64,000 nt of DNA from Candidatus Magasanikbacteria bacterium CG_4_10_14_0_2_um_filter_33_14 (GCA_002793035.1 PFPL01000045.1:9669-73668); one strand, 5' to 3'. Shown: positions 1 to 10,018, numbered from the stretch's first letter. Notes: generated by a model not told the origin, from the letters alone. Numbers and translations are program-made.

Positions 1-370
1 ATGATAAAACAAAGATTATATAGTAATGCCGTCTAATAATTTCTTTCATTGTCAAATTCCTCAAGAAACTTTTTGAGGAATCTATCAAAAAAAGAAAAAT
101 AAATATCAAAAAACTGTACACAAAACTGTAGATAAACATCAAATAAGACTGTTAACAATAAAAATTAAATACACAGTGAATCCACAGAAAAAATGAACAA
201 AAAAAGTTATCCAAAATCAACCAACATTTTACAACACACATTATAAACAACTACCAACAACAAATTATTGCTCAACAAAAACAAAATAACCACTTTTCCA
301 CTCTGTACACAGGCCCTATAGTTTACTACTGGTTATATAAATATATATATACTAATAAAACAACAAACAT

Positions 371-1498
371 ATGAAATTCACATGCACAAAAGAAAACCTA
401 GAATATTCTTTGAGTCTCGTGAGTTCTCTAGCTAGTAAACATACAAACTTACCAATCCTGAGTAACGTGCTAATAAAAGCAACTGATTCAGGGATAGAAA
501 TAAGTTCCACTAACTTGGAGATAGCTATCAAAACACAGCTACGTGCCATGGTAGAACAAACTGGTTCTTTTACCGTCCCTGCAAAAACTCTGACTGACTA
601 TGTCCGTCTGCTTACCAACGAGCAAGTAGAAATTAGTTTGTCAGAAAATGAACTCTTGGTAACCTGTGGCAATTCAAGTACAAAAATAAAAGGTTCTTCT
701 GATGAAGATTATCCTATTTTGCCCGAAGTAGAAGAAATAAATTCTTATGTTTTGAAAGTAGACGATTTGAAAAGTGCTATCAGCAAAGTAATAATTGCTG
801 TAGCAAAAAATGAAATTCGTCCGGAACTGTCAGGTCTTTTTTGTTCATTTTTTACTGAAAAATTTGAAGGAATGATTTTGGCAGCTACTGATTCTTATCG
901 ATTAGCCGAAGCACGTCTGAAAGTCTCACAAGGGGAAACTAGAGAGGTAAAATGTATTATACCGTCTAGGGTCGCTTATGAGATAAACAGGCTCTTACAA
1001 GCTGCCAAAAGCCATGGAGGTGAAGAAAATGTACGTTTTTGGGTAAGTGAAAATCAGATAGCTATTCGCTATGATAATTTCGAGATGACTAGTCGTCTTA
1101 TCGAAGGTCGTTATCCTGATTATACTCAAATTATCCCAAATGATTTCAAAACCTCAGCTACCTTTCCACTCGACGTCATGGTGAACAAAATAAAAGCTGC
1201 TAGTTTATTTACTTCTTCTGGTGTAAATGCTGTTTCTTTTGATCTAAATGTAAAAGAAAAAAATATAGATGTCTCTTCTTCTAGTACACAAGCAGGTGAA
1301 CATACTTCTGCTATTGATGTAGAAATTGAAGGAGAAGAAAATTCAATATTACTCAATCACAGTTATGTGTTAGATGGACTTTCTCATATGGAAAGTGAAC
1401 ACGTTGTCTTTGGTGTAAATAGCAAAGACTCTCCTTGTATTTTTCGTCCTGAAGGCAAAGATAATTATTTGTATATTGTCATGCCTATTCGTCAGTAA
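371..1498 (+). CDS. dnaN: DNA polymerase III beta subunit (sliding clamp)
   Basis: 375 aa; N-terminal MKFTCTKENL...SNVLIKA, typical three-domain beta clamp length and motifs; ATG start. Confidence 0.9.
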   Translation: MKFTCTKENLEYSLSLVSSLASKHTNLPILSNVLIKATDSGIEISSTNLEIAIKTQLRAMVEQTGSFTVPAKTLTDYVRLLTNEQVEISLSENELLVTCGNSSTKIKGSSDEDYPILPEVEEINSYVLKVDDLKSAISKVIIAVAKNEIRPELSGLFCSFFTEKFEGMILAATDSYRLAEARLKVSQGETREVKCIIPSRVAYEINRLLQAAKSHGGEENVRFWVSENQIAIRYDNFEMTSRLIEGRYPDYTQIIPNDFKTSATFPLDVMVNKIKAASLFTSSGVNAVSFDLNVKEKNIDVSSSSTQAGEHTSAIDVEIEGEENSILLNHSYVLDGLSHMESEHVVFGVNSKDSPCIFRPEGKDNYLYIVMPIRQ

Positions 1499-1512
1499 TT
1501 TTTAAATACTAA

Positions 1513-1545
1513 ATCTTTCCCATCTTGGGAAGATTGTGGTTTTTA
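1513..1545 (+). terminator. hairpin plus T-tract after dnaN
   Basis: AATCTTTCCCA-tct-TGGGAAGATT stem followed by GTGGTTTTT. Confidence 0.45.
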
Positions 1546-1572
1546 AAATTACATTGAAATTTGTTTAAAACA

Positions 1573-1610
1573 AAAACAATTCCAACTTATCGGAATTGTT
1601 TTTGTGGTTT
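1573..1610. terminator. bidirectional hairpin terminator between dnaN (+) and the Qng1-like gene (-)
   Basis: AAAACAATTCC-aacttatc-GGAATTGTTTTT followed by a T-run. Confidence 0.45.
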
Positions 1611-1643
1611 TAATTATGTTTTATATATTAAATAATTTATTAT

Positions 1644-2621
1644 TTAATAAGCAGTTGTTCTTGTTAAGTGATAAGGTCTGTCTTCTGGAAAATCTTTTCT
1701 ACCTTCTAACCATAAAGAATCATTGATTTGAATTGCTGTTATGTTTGGAAAATTTTCTTGTACTTTTTGTTTGATAATTTCATTGGCCCAGACAGTGTTT
1801 GCTCTGATTTCAATTTCTTCCTCACTATTTTTTTCTAATTCAATTTTATTGTCTATCTTGTGACTTAGAGATTCATCATATTCTAAAATACCAAGCCTGC
1901 GTAAAACAAAAGGAACTTTATAATCAGCACAAGCTGTAAGTTTGTTTGTATTTTTTATCTGACAAAATTCTTCTCTACAAACTTGAGATATATCATTGAT
2001 AAGGACTTGTGCTCTTTTATAAAAATATATTTTTTCTCCTTTATAAGTAGCCTCATCTTGAAAAGATGGGAAATATTTTATTAGTAAATCTAATAATTTT
2101 TGTGAATCATTTTGTGTTTGCTTTATTAAATTAGAAAAACTTCCTGAAAAATTTTCTAATAAACTTTTTCCTATCTCTCTAACAATTTGCAATCTTTCTT
2201 TAAATAAAGGTATTTGTATATTACCTTCCAAAATTTTTGCAAAATCATTTTCGTCTATTTCTGATAAATATTTGGCATCTAAAATTGGAAAATTGTTTTC
2301 TAGTGCTTTACCAAGAGAAGTAATCATACAATATGAACCTCCTTTTATTTCTTTGTCTTTGTAAGTTATTTGCCATTTTGGTTTGCCCCAATAAGAAAAA
2401 TTTATGGAATTAAAAATTAATAGAAAATTTAGAAGTTCTTCTGTTTTTATTTTTGTTAGAGTAAAAGGAGAATTAGCAAACCAGTGAGTGACATTTTTTT
2501 GTAAAAAATTATTAGAAAATTCAATTATTTTATTTTCATTTATTTTTACATGTTGTGATTGTTCACTTACAAAGTGACAAGATTCTAATATTTTATTCAT
2601 ATTATTTTTATTATCAATCAA
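1644..2621 (-). CDS. queuosine salvage protein, DUF2419/Qng1 family (queuosine 5'-phosphate N-glycosylase/hydrolase-like)
   Basis: 325 aa. Motifs INFSYWGKP, FYKRAQVLINDI and CADYKVPFVLRRLGIL align with conserved blocks of the human C9orf64/Qng1 family (FVTDTLNFSFWSE, FYKRAQILVADTW, FADYRLPQVL). Confidence 0.65.
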   Translation of the reverse strand: MIDNKNNMNKILESCHFVSEQSQHVKINENKIIEFSNNFLQKNVTHWFANSPFTLTKIKTEELLNFLLIFNSINFSYWGKPKWQITYKDKEIKGGSYCMITSLGKALENNFPILDAKYLSEIDENDFAKILEGNIQIPLFKERLQIVREIGKSLLENFSGSFSNLIKQTQNDSQKLLDLLIKYFPSFQDEATYKGEKIYFYKRAQVLINDISQVCREEFCQIKNTNKLTACADYKVPFVLRRLGILEYDESLSHKIDNKIELEKNSEEEIEIRANTVWANEIIKQKVQENFPNITAIQINDSLWLEGRKDFPEDRPYHLTRTTAY

Positions 2622-2690
2622 TTATAATATAGAGTATTAAATTTGTAAAACAAAACAAAAACCACCGTTTGTACGATGGTTTTTTATTTT

Positions 2691-5531
2691 TTATTTTATC
2701 TCAGTATTCACACTTGTTACACTTATATTATCATCTTGATCTAGAGTTTCTGCTATTAGTTTGTATTGACCTTTGGCAGGAGCTTCTCTCCAGTTTATAA
2801 TCAACTGATTGTTTATTAGATTTCCAAAATTTGTTACTTCTCCAATCAAATTTTTATTTATACCTTGTTCATAATATAGGGATACTTTTTGGAAACTTTC
2901 CAATTTTATTGGTTTGAGTACAATAGCTTTTGGAAAATTGGAAATTTCAATAGAACTATAATCTCCTTGAAAGATGGCTTGAGATTTTACTTCTTCAGCG
3001 CTTAAACTGAATTTTACATCTTGATATCTTTTGTTGCCAATATCATCTTCTACAATTATTGTTAGTTTGTGTTCACCAGGACTTTGTTCTTGCATGTAGT
3101 AGTGTAAGTTGAAAGGGTGTGATGTCTCTACTCCAACATAGACATCATCTATTTTATAACTTACTTTGGCAACACCTCTTGGTGCACTAAAACGAATATC
3201 AGTATCAAGCTGTCTGTCGTACACATTTTGTCCTTCAGTAGGGTACACAACCTCCATACTTGGTATAAGATCTAGACTGTGGGCATCATCATATTCTGTT
3301 GGTGGTTCATCGAAGCTAAAATTCCAATCAGGGTTTGCTTCTTTGTTTCTTGTTATCCAATCTTGTATACCTTGTTCCCAAGCTTCATACTGTGGATCGC
3401 TAGCTGGATTTTCTGGTGCGTCTCCACGAGGATCATCTTTTTTCACGTAGTAAAGAATAGAATGTGGTTGGATAAAAGTCTTTTCTTCTATATATTCGGC
3501 AGGTGTAGAACTTGTTGCAATTTTGCCTGTGGCTTTGTCTACTTGAAGAGTAATTTTACCACCTTCTGATCCTCGGAGTACTGGTTTTTGTGCATCATTT
3601 TCTGGTAAAGCTGGGAAGCTTTCAACAGCAGATCCTTCCAAAGCTTGTTTCATATAACTATTCCAAATTTTGGCAGCGACCATACTACCACCAAAACCAC
3701 GTTTCATAGGAGTATTATCTGTATTTCCTGCCCAGACACCGGTGACAATTGATGGTGTATATCCAATTGTCCAAGCATCTACATAACCATTTGTGGTACC
3801 TGTTTTGGCCGCTACAGGTCTACCTGGCAATGTTAGCACTCCACCTGCTCCAAAAGCATAAGCACGTGCAGGATCATCACTCAAAATGTTGGAGATACTA
3901 TCAGCTACTTTTTCATCGAGCACTCTTTCACCTTTTTGATTTTTCCATTCTTCCAAAACTTTGCCGTTGGAATCTTCCACTTTTAGAATACTATTGATAT
4001 CGTGTCTATAACCTCTATCTGCAAAAACAGCAAAGGCATTTGTATGTTCAATAAGTTTTACTTCTCCTCCACCAAGAACAAGTGACAAACCAAAGTTTCC
4101 ATTACTCAAAGTGGTATAACCCATTTTTTCAGAAAATTTTTCTGCACCACCTTCTCCAACTAGATACATCATTTTGACAGCTGGAATATTTAGAGATCCT
4201 TGTAGTGCTTGGCGAACAGTGATAGGACCATGCTCTTTCAAATCATAATTTTTTGGAATGTAATCTCTTCCAGAAGAAGCAAAATTGGTAACTGTATCAA
4301 AGAGGACTGTGTCTGGTGTATAACCTTTTTCAAACCCTGCGGCATAGACAATTGGTTTGAAAGAAGAACCTGGTTGTCTATTTCCTAGTGTAGCTACATT
4401 GAATTGTCCATCTATTGAATCATCAAAAAAATCTTTGGAACCTATCATGGCTAAAATTTGTCCTGTTTTTGGATCGATAGAAACAAGAGATGTGTTGTCG
4501 GCATCTGCAGCGGATAATATATCGCCAGCTTCTTCGTCTATTACTTTTTGAGCGACTTCTTGTTTGTCCCAATCTAGAGTTGTAATAACTTTTAGACCAC
4601 CTGTGTCTACGGTACTTTCTCCATATTTTGAAACCAATTGTTCTTTGACATAAAGAACAAAGTGAGGTGCTTCAATATTATTGAAAGTTTGTTTTATTAT
4701 CAATTCTTCTGCCTGAGCCTCTTCCATAGCTTCTTTTGTGATGTAGCCTTCAGCTTGCATTCTACTCAATACAAAGTCACGGCGTTTTTTTAGAGCTTCA
4801 TGATTGTTTAGATATGTTGAAGGTGCTTTTGGTAGACCTGCTAAGGTAGCTGATTCAGCTAGATCAAGTTCACTGACATGTTTACCAAAATAACTTTGGG
4901 ATGCGGACTCTACACCATAGTTGCTAGAACCATAAGGAATTTCGTTGAAATAAATTTTTAGTATTTGATCTTTGCTATATTTTTGTTCTAGCTTGATAGT
5001 CATTACGGCTTCTTTTATTTTACGTAAGATAGAATGTTCATTGGTAAGAATAGCATTTTTGACAAGTTGTTGTGTTAGTGTGGAAGCACCACTACCAATA
5101 CTTTTTTTGGTGAAAATACCGACTATAATAGAACGTAAAATGGACATAGGTCTAATACCTTTGTGTTCATAAAATTTTGTATCTTCTGTTGCTACTAAAC
5201 CATTTATTAAATCTTTTGGAATCTTATCTAATTCTACAATTGTACGTTTTTCATCACCAAATATTTCATAGAGAAGATGTTCACCTGTTCTATCATAAAT
5301 CTTGGTACTTTGAGCTACTGTTCTATCTGTGAGTTTGTCTGGATCTGGTAGATCTTTACTAACCCAAGCTGTAAGTATTGTGAGAAATAAAAAACTAAAA
5401 ACAGCAACGAAAAGAGAAAAATATATTACAAATTTTTTGATTTTTCTTTTTAGTTCAGAATCTTTTTTGTTTTTATTTTTTTTATTTTTTAAATAGCCGT
5501 AGGAACGCTTATTTAGTTGTGGAATAGGCAT
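2691..5531 (-). CDS. class A penicillin-binding protein (PBP1A-type glycosyltransferase/transpeptidase)
   Basis: GT51 motifs EDTKFYEHKGI and GASTLTQQLVKN; transpeptidase SSFK (SxxK), SLN and KTGT; N-terminal TM. The ORF track starts at an upstream TTG (5582); the first ATG (MPIPQL) is at 5531. Confidence 0.85.
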   Translation of the reverse strand: MPIPQLNKRSYGYLKNKKNKNKKDSELKRKIKKFVIYFSLFVAVFSFLFLTILTAWVSKDLPDPDKLTDRTVAQSTKIYDRTGEHLLYEIFGDEKRTIVELDKIPKDLINGLVATEDTKFYEHKGIRPMSILRSIIVGIFTKKSIGSGASTLTQQLVKNAILTNEHSILRKIKEAVMTIKLEQKYSKDQILKIYFNEIPYGSSNYGVESASQSYFGKHVSELDLAESATLAGLPKAPSTYLNNHEALKKRRDFVLSRMQAEGYITKEAMEEAQAEELIIKQTFNNIEAPHFVLYVKEQLVSKYGESTVDTGGLKVITTLDWDKQEVAQKVIDEEAGDILSAADADNTSLVSIDPKTGQILAMIGSKDFFDDSIDGQFNVATLGNRQPGSSFKPIVYAAGFEKGYTPDTVLFDTVTNFASSGRDYIPKNYDLKEHGPITVRQALQGSLNIPAVKMMYLVGEGGAEKFSEKMGYTTLSNGNFGLSLVLGGGEVKLIEHTNAFAVFADRGYRHDINSILKVEDSNGKVLEEWKNQKGERVLDEKVADSISNILSDDPARAYAFGAGGVLTLPGRPVAAKTGTTNGYVDAWTIGYTPSIVTGVWAGNTDNTPMKRGFGGSMVAAKIWNSYMKQALEGSAVESFPALPENDAQKPVLRGSEGGKITLQVDKATGKIATSSTPAEYIEEKTFIQPHSILYYVKKDDPRGDAPENPASDPQYEAWEQGIQDWITRNKEANPDWNFSFDEPPTEYDDAHSLDLIPSMEVVYPTEGQNVYDRQLDTDIRFSAPRGVAKVSYKIDDVYVGVETSHPFNLHYYMQEQSPGEHKLTIIVEDDIGNKRYQDVKFSLSAEEVKSQAIFQGDYSSIEISNFPKAIVLKPIKLESFQKVSLYYEQGINKNLIGEVTNFGNLINNQLIINWREAPAKGQYKLIAETLDQDDNISVTSVNTEIK

Positions 5532-5736
5532 AAAATTGTTTTCTAAATTCTTAAAATTGAGAGTCAGAAATTTGACAATCAATTGTTGATATTGTATCAG
5601 ACTATTGACAAAAACACCATATTATGGTACAATAGGGCGTCGGTAAATAAAGGTACTTTGATTATAAGGTATCTTTTTGTTTTAGAGGATTCCATTTCTT
5701 TGAAACAATGAATTTTTACCTAAAATAAGCAAAAAT

Positions 5737-6282
5737 ATGAAATTTTCTTTCAAAAAAGTGCTAAGTAGACAGGTTTTTGAGGTAAGTATTTCGTTTGTTA
5801 TTGTTATCTCTTTCTTTACAAGTACTCTATTACCTCAAGTTGTAGATGCTCAAACTGGATTTTTCGCTAATCTTAGCGGAATATTCTCAAAAGATGATAT
5901 TTCTGAAGAAATTTTAGAAAATTCAGCTCTTTTCCCAGATCTTGAAGACGCTGAACCAAGAAAAATAGTTTATTCTGTCATGACCGCTTACTCTAGTGAA
6001 GCTGCTCAAACAGATGATTCACCTTGTATCCCTGCTGATTATAAATATAATTTGTGTGAACATTACGAACAAGAAGGTGAACAAAATAGTATTGCTGCCA
6101 ACTTTTTGCCTATGGGTACAAAAGTACGTTTTCCAGATCTATATGGTGATAAAATCTTCGTTGTTCGTGATCGTATGAATGCTAGATATGGATATGGTAG
6201 AGGAGATATTTGGATGCCTACCAAGGCTGAAGCTATTTCTTTTGGGGTCAAAAGAGTGAAGATGGAAATCTTTTATAGATAA
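5737..6282 (+). CDS. 3D-domain (MltA/YuiC-like) cell-wall protein with signal peptide
   Basis: 181 aa; signal/TM; the C-terminal MTAYSSEAAQTDDSPCIPADY...YGRGDIWMPTKAEAISFG resembles the 3D (Asp-rich) domain of YocH/YuiC-type proteins. Confidence 0.5.
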   Translation: MKFSFKKVLSRQVFEVSISFVIVISFFTSTLLPQVVDAQTGFFANLSGIFSKDDISEEILENSALFPDLEDAEPRKIVYSVMTAYSSEAAQTDDSPCIPADYKYNLCEHYEQEGEQNSIAANFLPMGTKVRFPDLYGDKIFVVRDRMNARYGYGRGDIWMPTKAEAISFGVKRVKMEIFYR

Positions 6283-6315
6283 AATTCACGAAAACATAAA
6301 AACACTAAAACAAAA

Positions 6316-6351
6316 AAACAATCCCAATAAAATTGGGATTGTTTTTATTTT
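6316..6351 (+). terminator. rho-independent terminator
   Basis: AAACAATCCCAAT-aaa-ATTGGGATTGTTT plus TTTATTTT. Confidence 0.5.
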
Positions 6352-6412
6352 GAAATTTTGATATTAAAAACTGTTTGGAAATTAAAAATTCCTAAATTTA
6401 GGAATTTTTATA

Positions 6413-6470
6413 GAGGTACCGGCGAGAATCGCCCCGCCCTTCGCGAAGGGCGGGGGTTGCAGACTCTGCT
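6413..6470 (-). repeat. partial duplicate of the tRNA-Cys 3' end (T-arm/acceptor) fused to a perfect 24-bp GC palindrome
   Basis: AGGTACCGGCGAGAATCG (18 bp) repeats the 3' end of the adjacent tRNA-Cys. It is followed by CCCCGCCCTTCGCGAAGGGCGGGG (a perfect palindrome). No 5' acceptor complement is present, so it is not a functional tRNA. Confidence 0.5.
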
Positions 6471-6487
6471 TTAATTTTAAGTTTGTT

Positions 6488-6562
6488 TGGAGGTACCGGC
6501 GAGAATCGAACTCACGAATAGAGGTTTTGCAGACCCCTGCCTTACCGCTTGGCTACGGTACC
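6488..6562 (-). tRNA. tRNA-Cys (GCA)
   Basis: Manual cloverleaf: acceptor GGTACCG/CGGTACC, D-arm GCC/GGC, anticodon loop CTGCAAA (GCA), T-arm GTGAG-TTCGATT-CTCGC, discriminator T, CCA encoded. Confidence 0.85.
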
Positions 6563-6827
6563 ATAATATTTTTTACCCAGCTATGATAACACAAAATCTT
6601 TTTAATTTCAATAGTTTACAATTTGTAAAGATAATCTTAACAAAAAGTTATATACATGTTATAGTATGCTGTTCCGTTTTATACGGATAAGTACATTACA
6701 AAAGATAGTTTTAGTGGAGTTTTTTGTCGGTAGGGGATTTTTGTTTCTTTTTTTAAGATATAGAAATCCCCATTCCGACAGGATAATTCTGTTCGGATTT
6801 TACTTTCCAGGGGGAAAGGAGTTTGCC

Positions 6828-7889
6828 GTGATTCTCAATTTCCGTTTCTTGAGCACTCTCGTGCTCATGGCGTTCTTCGTCCTCGTCTCGGCTTGCCGAT
6901 CGGGTGAAGAGGATACTTTCAACAAAGAACTGCTGAGCAACTCGGCTACGGTCGTCAAGCAGCCAAAACCTCAGTGGGGAGGCGCCAAGGAAGACCGCGA
7001 CCAGTGGGGTGAGAGCTCCAAGCCGGAGATGGTTGAGTGCCCTCTCGACCACAATAACCGGTTCAATAAACATTGGGATATGGTGTCCTCTGACACTTGT
7101 CTGGCGCGTGTTCGTCATTCTTCCCCCTCCTACCTCAAGCTACAGCAGGAGAACGACGAGCGTGTCAAGTTGGAGGCACAGCAGAAGACTCATGAAGAGC
7201 ATGAGAAGGCTCGTCGCATCGAAGAAAGGAAGGTGCTCGTAGAGCGTCTCAAGACTTGCTTCGACAAGGAAGATAGTCGTCCTCAGTGGCGACAGGATGT
7301 CGAGTTTGGACTTCGTGCCAAGGACGTTCTTCTCGAGGTGCAGTACGACGACTACGTCGACAGCAAGGTCTATCCCTGCTATGACGACGCGAGGCTCTGC
7401 GTCAAGGATGTCGAGGGCTGTGAGCTCGTCGAGCAGTCCAAGAAGTACAACCTCGAGCGAGACAAGAACTTCGTCGCGCTTATTTGGAAGATTCTCAACT
7501 CCAAGGAGGAGATCGCTCCCCGACAGTTCTGTTGGGATGGATGCTCGGTCTTCTCGCGTGGTGATCTCGCTCGTAAGACGATGGTTGTCATGGAGAAGTA
7601 CGGGTGGACGCCTGAGGACTTCGGCTCCAAGACCGATGACTTCGTGGTGGCCATCAAGAAGAGTTATCAAGAGGCCTTCAAGTTCGCCACCCAGGACATT
7701 GAAGTCGTCTTCAAATGCAAAAAGGACGACCAGGAGGGAGTATTCCTCGACGAGGATTGTCAGTTTCTCGAAACTGAGCAATCCGATGTTTTGTCGGCTC
7801 TCTGTGACGAGTTCTTGAGAACGGCTTCCTTTGCTGGGCTGACCTCTGAGCAGATCAGCAAGCTCCATTGTGAGGGTTTTGACGAGTAG
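6828..7889 (+). CDS. GC-rich, cysteine-rich, acidic putative lipoprotein (compositionally foreign)
   Basis: GTG start preceded by GGGGAAAGGAG; signal peptide ending in lipobox LVSAC; about 14 Cys; coiled-coil segment. GC content clearly far above the flanks by eye (codons ctc/gtc/gac/aag). The overlapping ORFs on the other strand and frame are GC-rich artefacts. Confidence 0.55.
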   Translation: MILNFRFLSTLVLMAFFVLVSACRSGEEDTFNKELLSNSATVVKQPKPQWGGAKEDRDQWGESSKPEMVECPLDHNNRFNKHWDMVSSDTCLARVRHSSPSYLKLQQENDERVKLEAQQKTHEEHEKARRIEERKVLVERLKTCFDKEDSRPQWRQDVEFGLRAKDVLLEVQYDDYVDSKVYPCYDDARLCVKDVEGCELVEQSKKYNLERDKNFVALIWKILNSKEEIAPRQFCWDGCSVFSRGDLARKTMVVMEKYGWTPEDFGSKTDDFVVAIKKSYQEAFKFATQDIEVVFKCKKDDQEGVFLDEDCQFLETEQSDVLSALCDEFLRTASFAGLTSEQISKLHCEGFDE

Positions 7890-8126
7890 ATCGTCGACAT
7901 TCTCCATCTAGACTATCTTTTGGAGGGGAGAACGGTAAACAGTGTAATATCTGTCCCGTTTTCCCATTCCATTCGACTATCTTTTTTATAAATTAGAAAA
8001 GATTGAGAAACAAAAAACTGCCTTAAAAAAGACGGTTTTTTGTTTTAGAGTAATTATTTTCTTTGAATTATTATGTCAATAAAAGGTTGAAAAATATCTT
8101 AAAATGAGTTATACTGCATCTCACTT

Positions 8127-9524
8127 ATGAATAAGACTTTTTACAAGCTATTGTTGTCTTTGTTGAAGGGCTTGGTTTTTTTGAAGAGAGCCTTGTTTTG
8201 GGTACTTGGATTTGTATGGAAGTTTTTACTTCTTATCAATGATTTGTATAAACATACCTTGGGTTTTGCTATTTTTAAAATATTTTTTTATATAAAAAAA
8301 TATTTTAATAAGTTTCGTTTTTTCAAACAAGAAAGTAAAATAGAATTTTTTGGTCGTAGAGGAACACTACAATTAGCTTTTTTTGTAGTGTTTTTTATTA
8401 TTATGATTCCACATACTCGTTTGTATAGTAAAGGCTTGGGAGAAATACCTGGTAGAAATTCTCTTTTTTATAGTGTTATTGATCATGGTGATCAAGATTT
8501 TTATGAAGATGAAATAGTAAATGTAGATATAAATGCTGGTCAAACGTCTATTGGTATTGATTGGAAATCGGGTAGTGTTTCTTCTCAAGATTTGAAAGAA
8601 GCTACAGGACAAAATAATTCAAACCAAGATTTGTTGGCACTCACTTCTGGTGGAACAGCTGTAACCAAACCAACTATAATACCTGGTGCTACTATTGTCT
8701 CAAATAATACTAACAATGATACTCAAATAATAAAAAATGGTTCGACAGAAATAAAAGAATATACCGTCCAAAATGGAGATGTGATTGGTGCTATTGCCGA
8801 AAAATTTGGTATTAGTGTTAGTACTATTTTGTGGGCCAATAATTTAAATAGTCGTTCCTATATTCGACCTGGACAGGTACTAACAATTTTACCAACTGAC
8901 GGAGTCACACACAAAGTAGTTGGTGGAGATACTGTTTCAAAAATTGCGAGACTCTATGATGCAGAAAGTGAAGATATTATAAAATTCAATAAATTAGAAG
9001 AAGGTGGTGCGGATATTGTAATAGGAGAAATGCTTATAATTCCTGGTGGAGAAAAACAAATAGCCGTAGTTGCTCCTTCTAAAACCACTGTGGTAACTCG
9101 TCCTTCTTCTTTTGACAATGTTGTACCTGTTTCTTCTCCGGAGACACCTGCTGGCTCTGGTTATTTGTGGCCAACCGATGCTCGTATTATTACTCAATAT
9201 TTTGGTCTTACTCACAATGCTATTGATATTGCTGGACCTATTGGTACGAGAATTTATGCAACAAAAGCGGGTAAAGTGATTACTTCACAATGTGGTTACA
9301 ATGGTGGTTATGGTTGTTATGTTAAGATTGATCATGGTAATGGAGTAATATCACTTTATGGTCATGCTTCAAAACTTCTGGTTAATCTCGGGGACTATGT
9401 TACTCAAGGTCAAAATATCATGTTGATGGGTTCTACTGGACGTTCTACTGGTCCTCATGTTCATTTTGAAATTCGTGTCAACGGACGAACGCAAAATCCT
9501 TTGTCTTATGTGAGAAAGCCGTAA
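8127..9524 (+). CDS. LysM-domain M23 family metallopeptidase
   Basis: Two LysM repeats (YTVQNGDVIGAIAEKFGISV; HKVVGGDTVSKIARLYD). C-terminal M23 motifs (IDHGNGVISLYGH ... TGPHVHFEIR). Confidence 0.8.
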   Translation: MNKTFYKLLLSLLKGLVFLKRALFWVLGFVWKFLLLINDLYKHTLGFAIFKIFFYIKKYFNKFRFFKQESKIEFFGRRGTLQLAFFVVFFIIMIPHTRLYSKGLGEIPGRNSLFYSVIDHGDQDFYEDEIVNVDINAGQTSIGIDWKSGSVSSQDLKEATGQNNSNQDLLALTSGGTAVTKPTIIPGATIVSNNTNNDTQIIKNGSTEIKEYTVQNGDVIGAIAEKFGISVSTILWANNLNSRSYIRPGQVLTILPTDGVTHKVVGGDTVSKIARLYDAESEDIIKFNKLEEGGADIVIGEMLIIPGGEKQIAVVAPSKTTVVTRPSSFDNVVPVSSPETPAGSGYLWPTDARIITQYFGLTHNAIDIAGPIGTRIYATKAGKVITSQCGYNGGYGCYVKIDHGNGVISLYGHASKLLVNLGDYVTQGQNIMLMGSTGRSTGPHVHFEIRVNGRTQNPLSYVRKP

Positions 9525-9554
9525 CGTGAGTTTATAAAGTTTTAAACTAAAAAC

Positions 9555-9589
9555 AAAGACCACTATATTATTTAGAGTGGTCTTTTTTT
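9555..9589. terminator. bidirectional hairpin terminator
   Basis: AAAGACCACT-atattatttag-AGTGGTCTTT plus TTTTT, between convergent genes. Confidence 0.5.
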
Positions 9590-9607
9590 GTGAAAAATAA
9601 TTTGATT

Positions 9608-9910
9608 TTAACTTTCTTCCAAAATTATTTTGTTTTGAAAGGTTCCTTTTTCTTCAGCTTTTGATTGTCTTGTTTTTTCTATATTTTCTTTGTCTATATT
9701 ATACAAATCGCAAAGAGCTAAAATTACTTCTTCTATATCAGCAAGTTCTTCTACATTTTTATCTGTCAAAAATTCTGTGACTTCTTCTTGTAATTTTTTT
9801 AGAAGTTTTTCTTCGTATTCTTTTTCATCAGCAATATGAATTTTGTATTTTACTTTTTTATCATCCAAAATTTTTGGAATTTTGTCACGGATTAGTTTGT
9901 TGTATTTCAT
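9608..9910 (-). CDS. MazG-like nucleotide pyrophosphohydrolase family small protein
   Basis: 100 aa; KLIRDKIPKIL ... EE..E..E.ADIEEVILAL pattern typical of the small MazG-like/YpjD-type NTP pyrophosphatase fold. Confidence 0.5.
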   Translation of the reverse strand: MKYNKLIRDKIPKILDDKKVKYKIHIADEKEYEEKLLKKLQEEVTEFLTDKNVEELADIEEVILALCDLYNIDKENIEKTRQSKAEEKGTFQNKIILEES

Positions 9911-10018
9911 AAAAATTTAAATTATATAAAAAGTATATCTTTATTTATCTTGATGTGTCAAATAAAATTAAACAAACAAAAAAAGAACTTTTTGGTTCTT
10001 ATATTTTTTATGGGGGTG

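Noticed and set aside
1-370. Possible oriC upstream of dnaN
   Set aside because: Only degenerate DnaA-box-like sites (GAATCCACA, GTTATCCAAA). The far better DnaA-box cluster is at 20.9 kb; dnaA itself would lie outside the window.
3166-5172. Several 60-100-aa plus-strand ORFs inside the PBP1A gene
   Set aside because: Antisense to a well-supported long CDS; low-complexity translations.
7140-7907. 255-aa minus-strand ORF and a 173-aa plus-strand ORF (7297-7818) overlapping the GC-rich gene
   Set aside because: Long spurious ORFs are expected on all frames of GC-rich DNA. Only the 6828-7889 frame has an RBS, a signal peptide and a coherent protein-like sequence.
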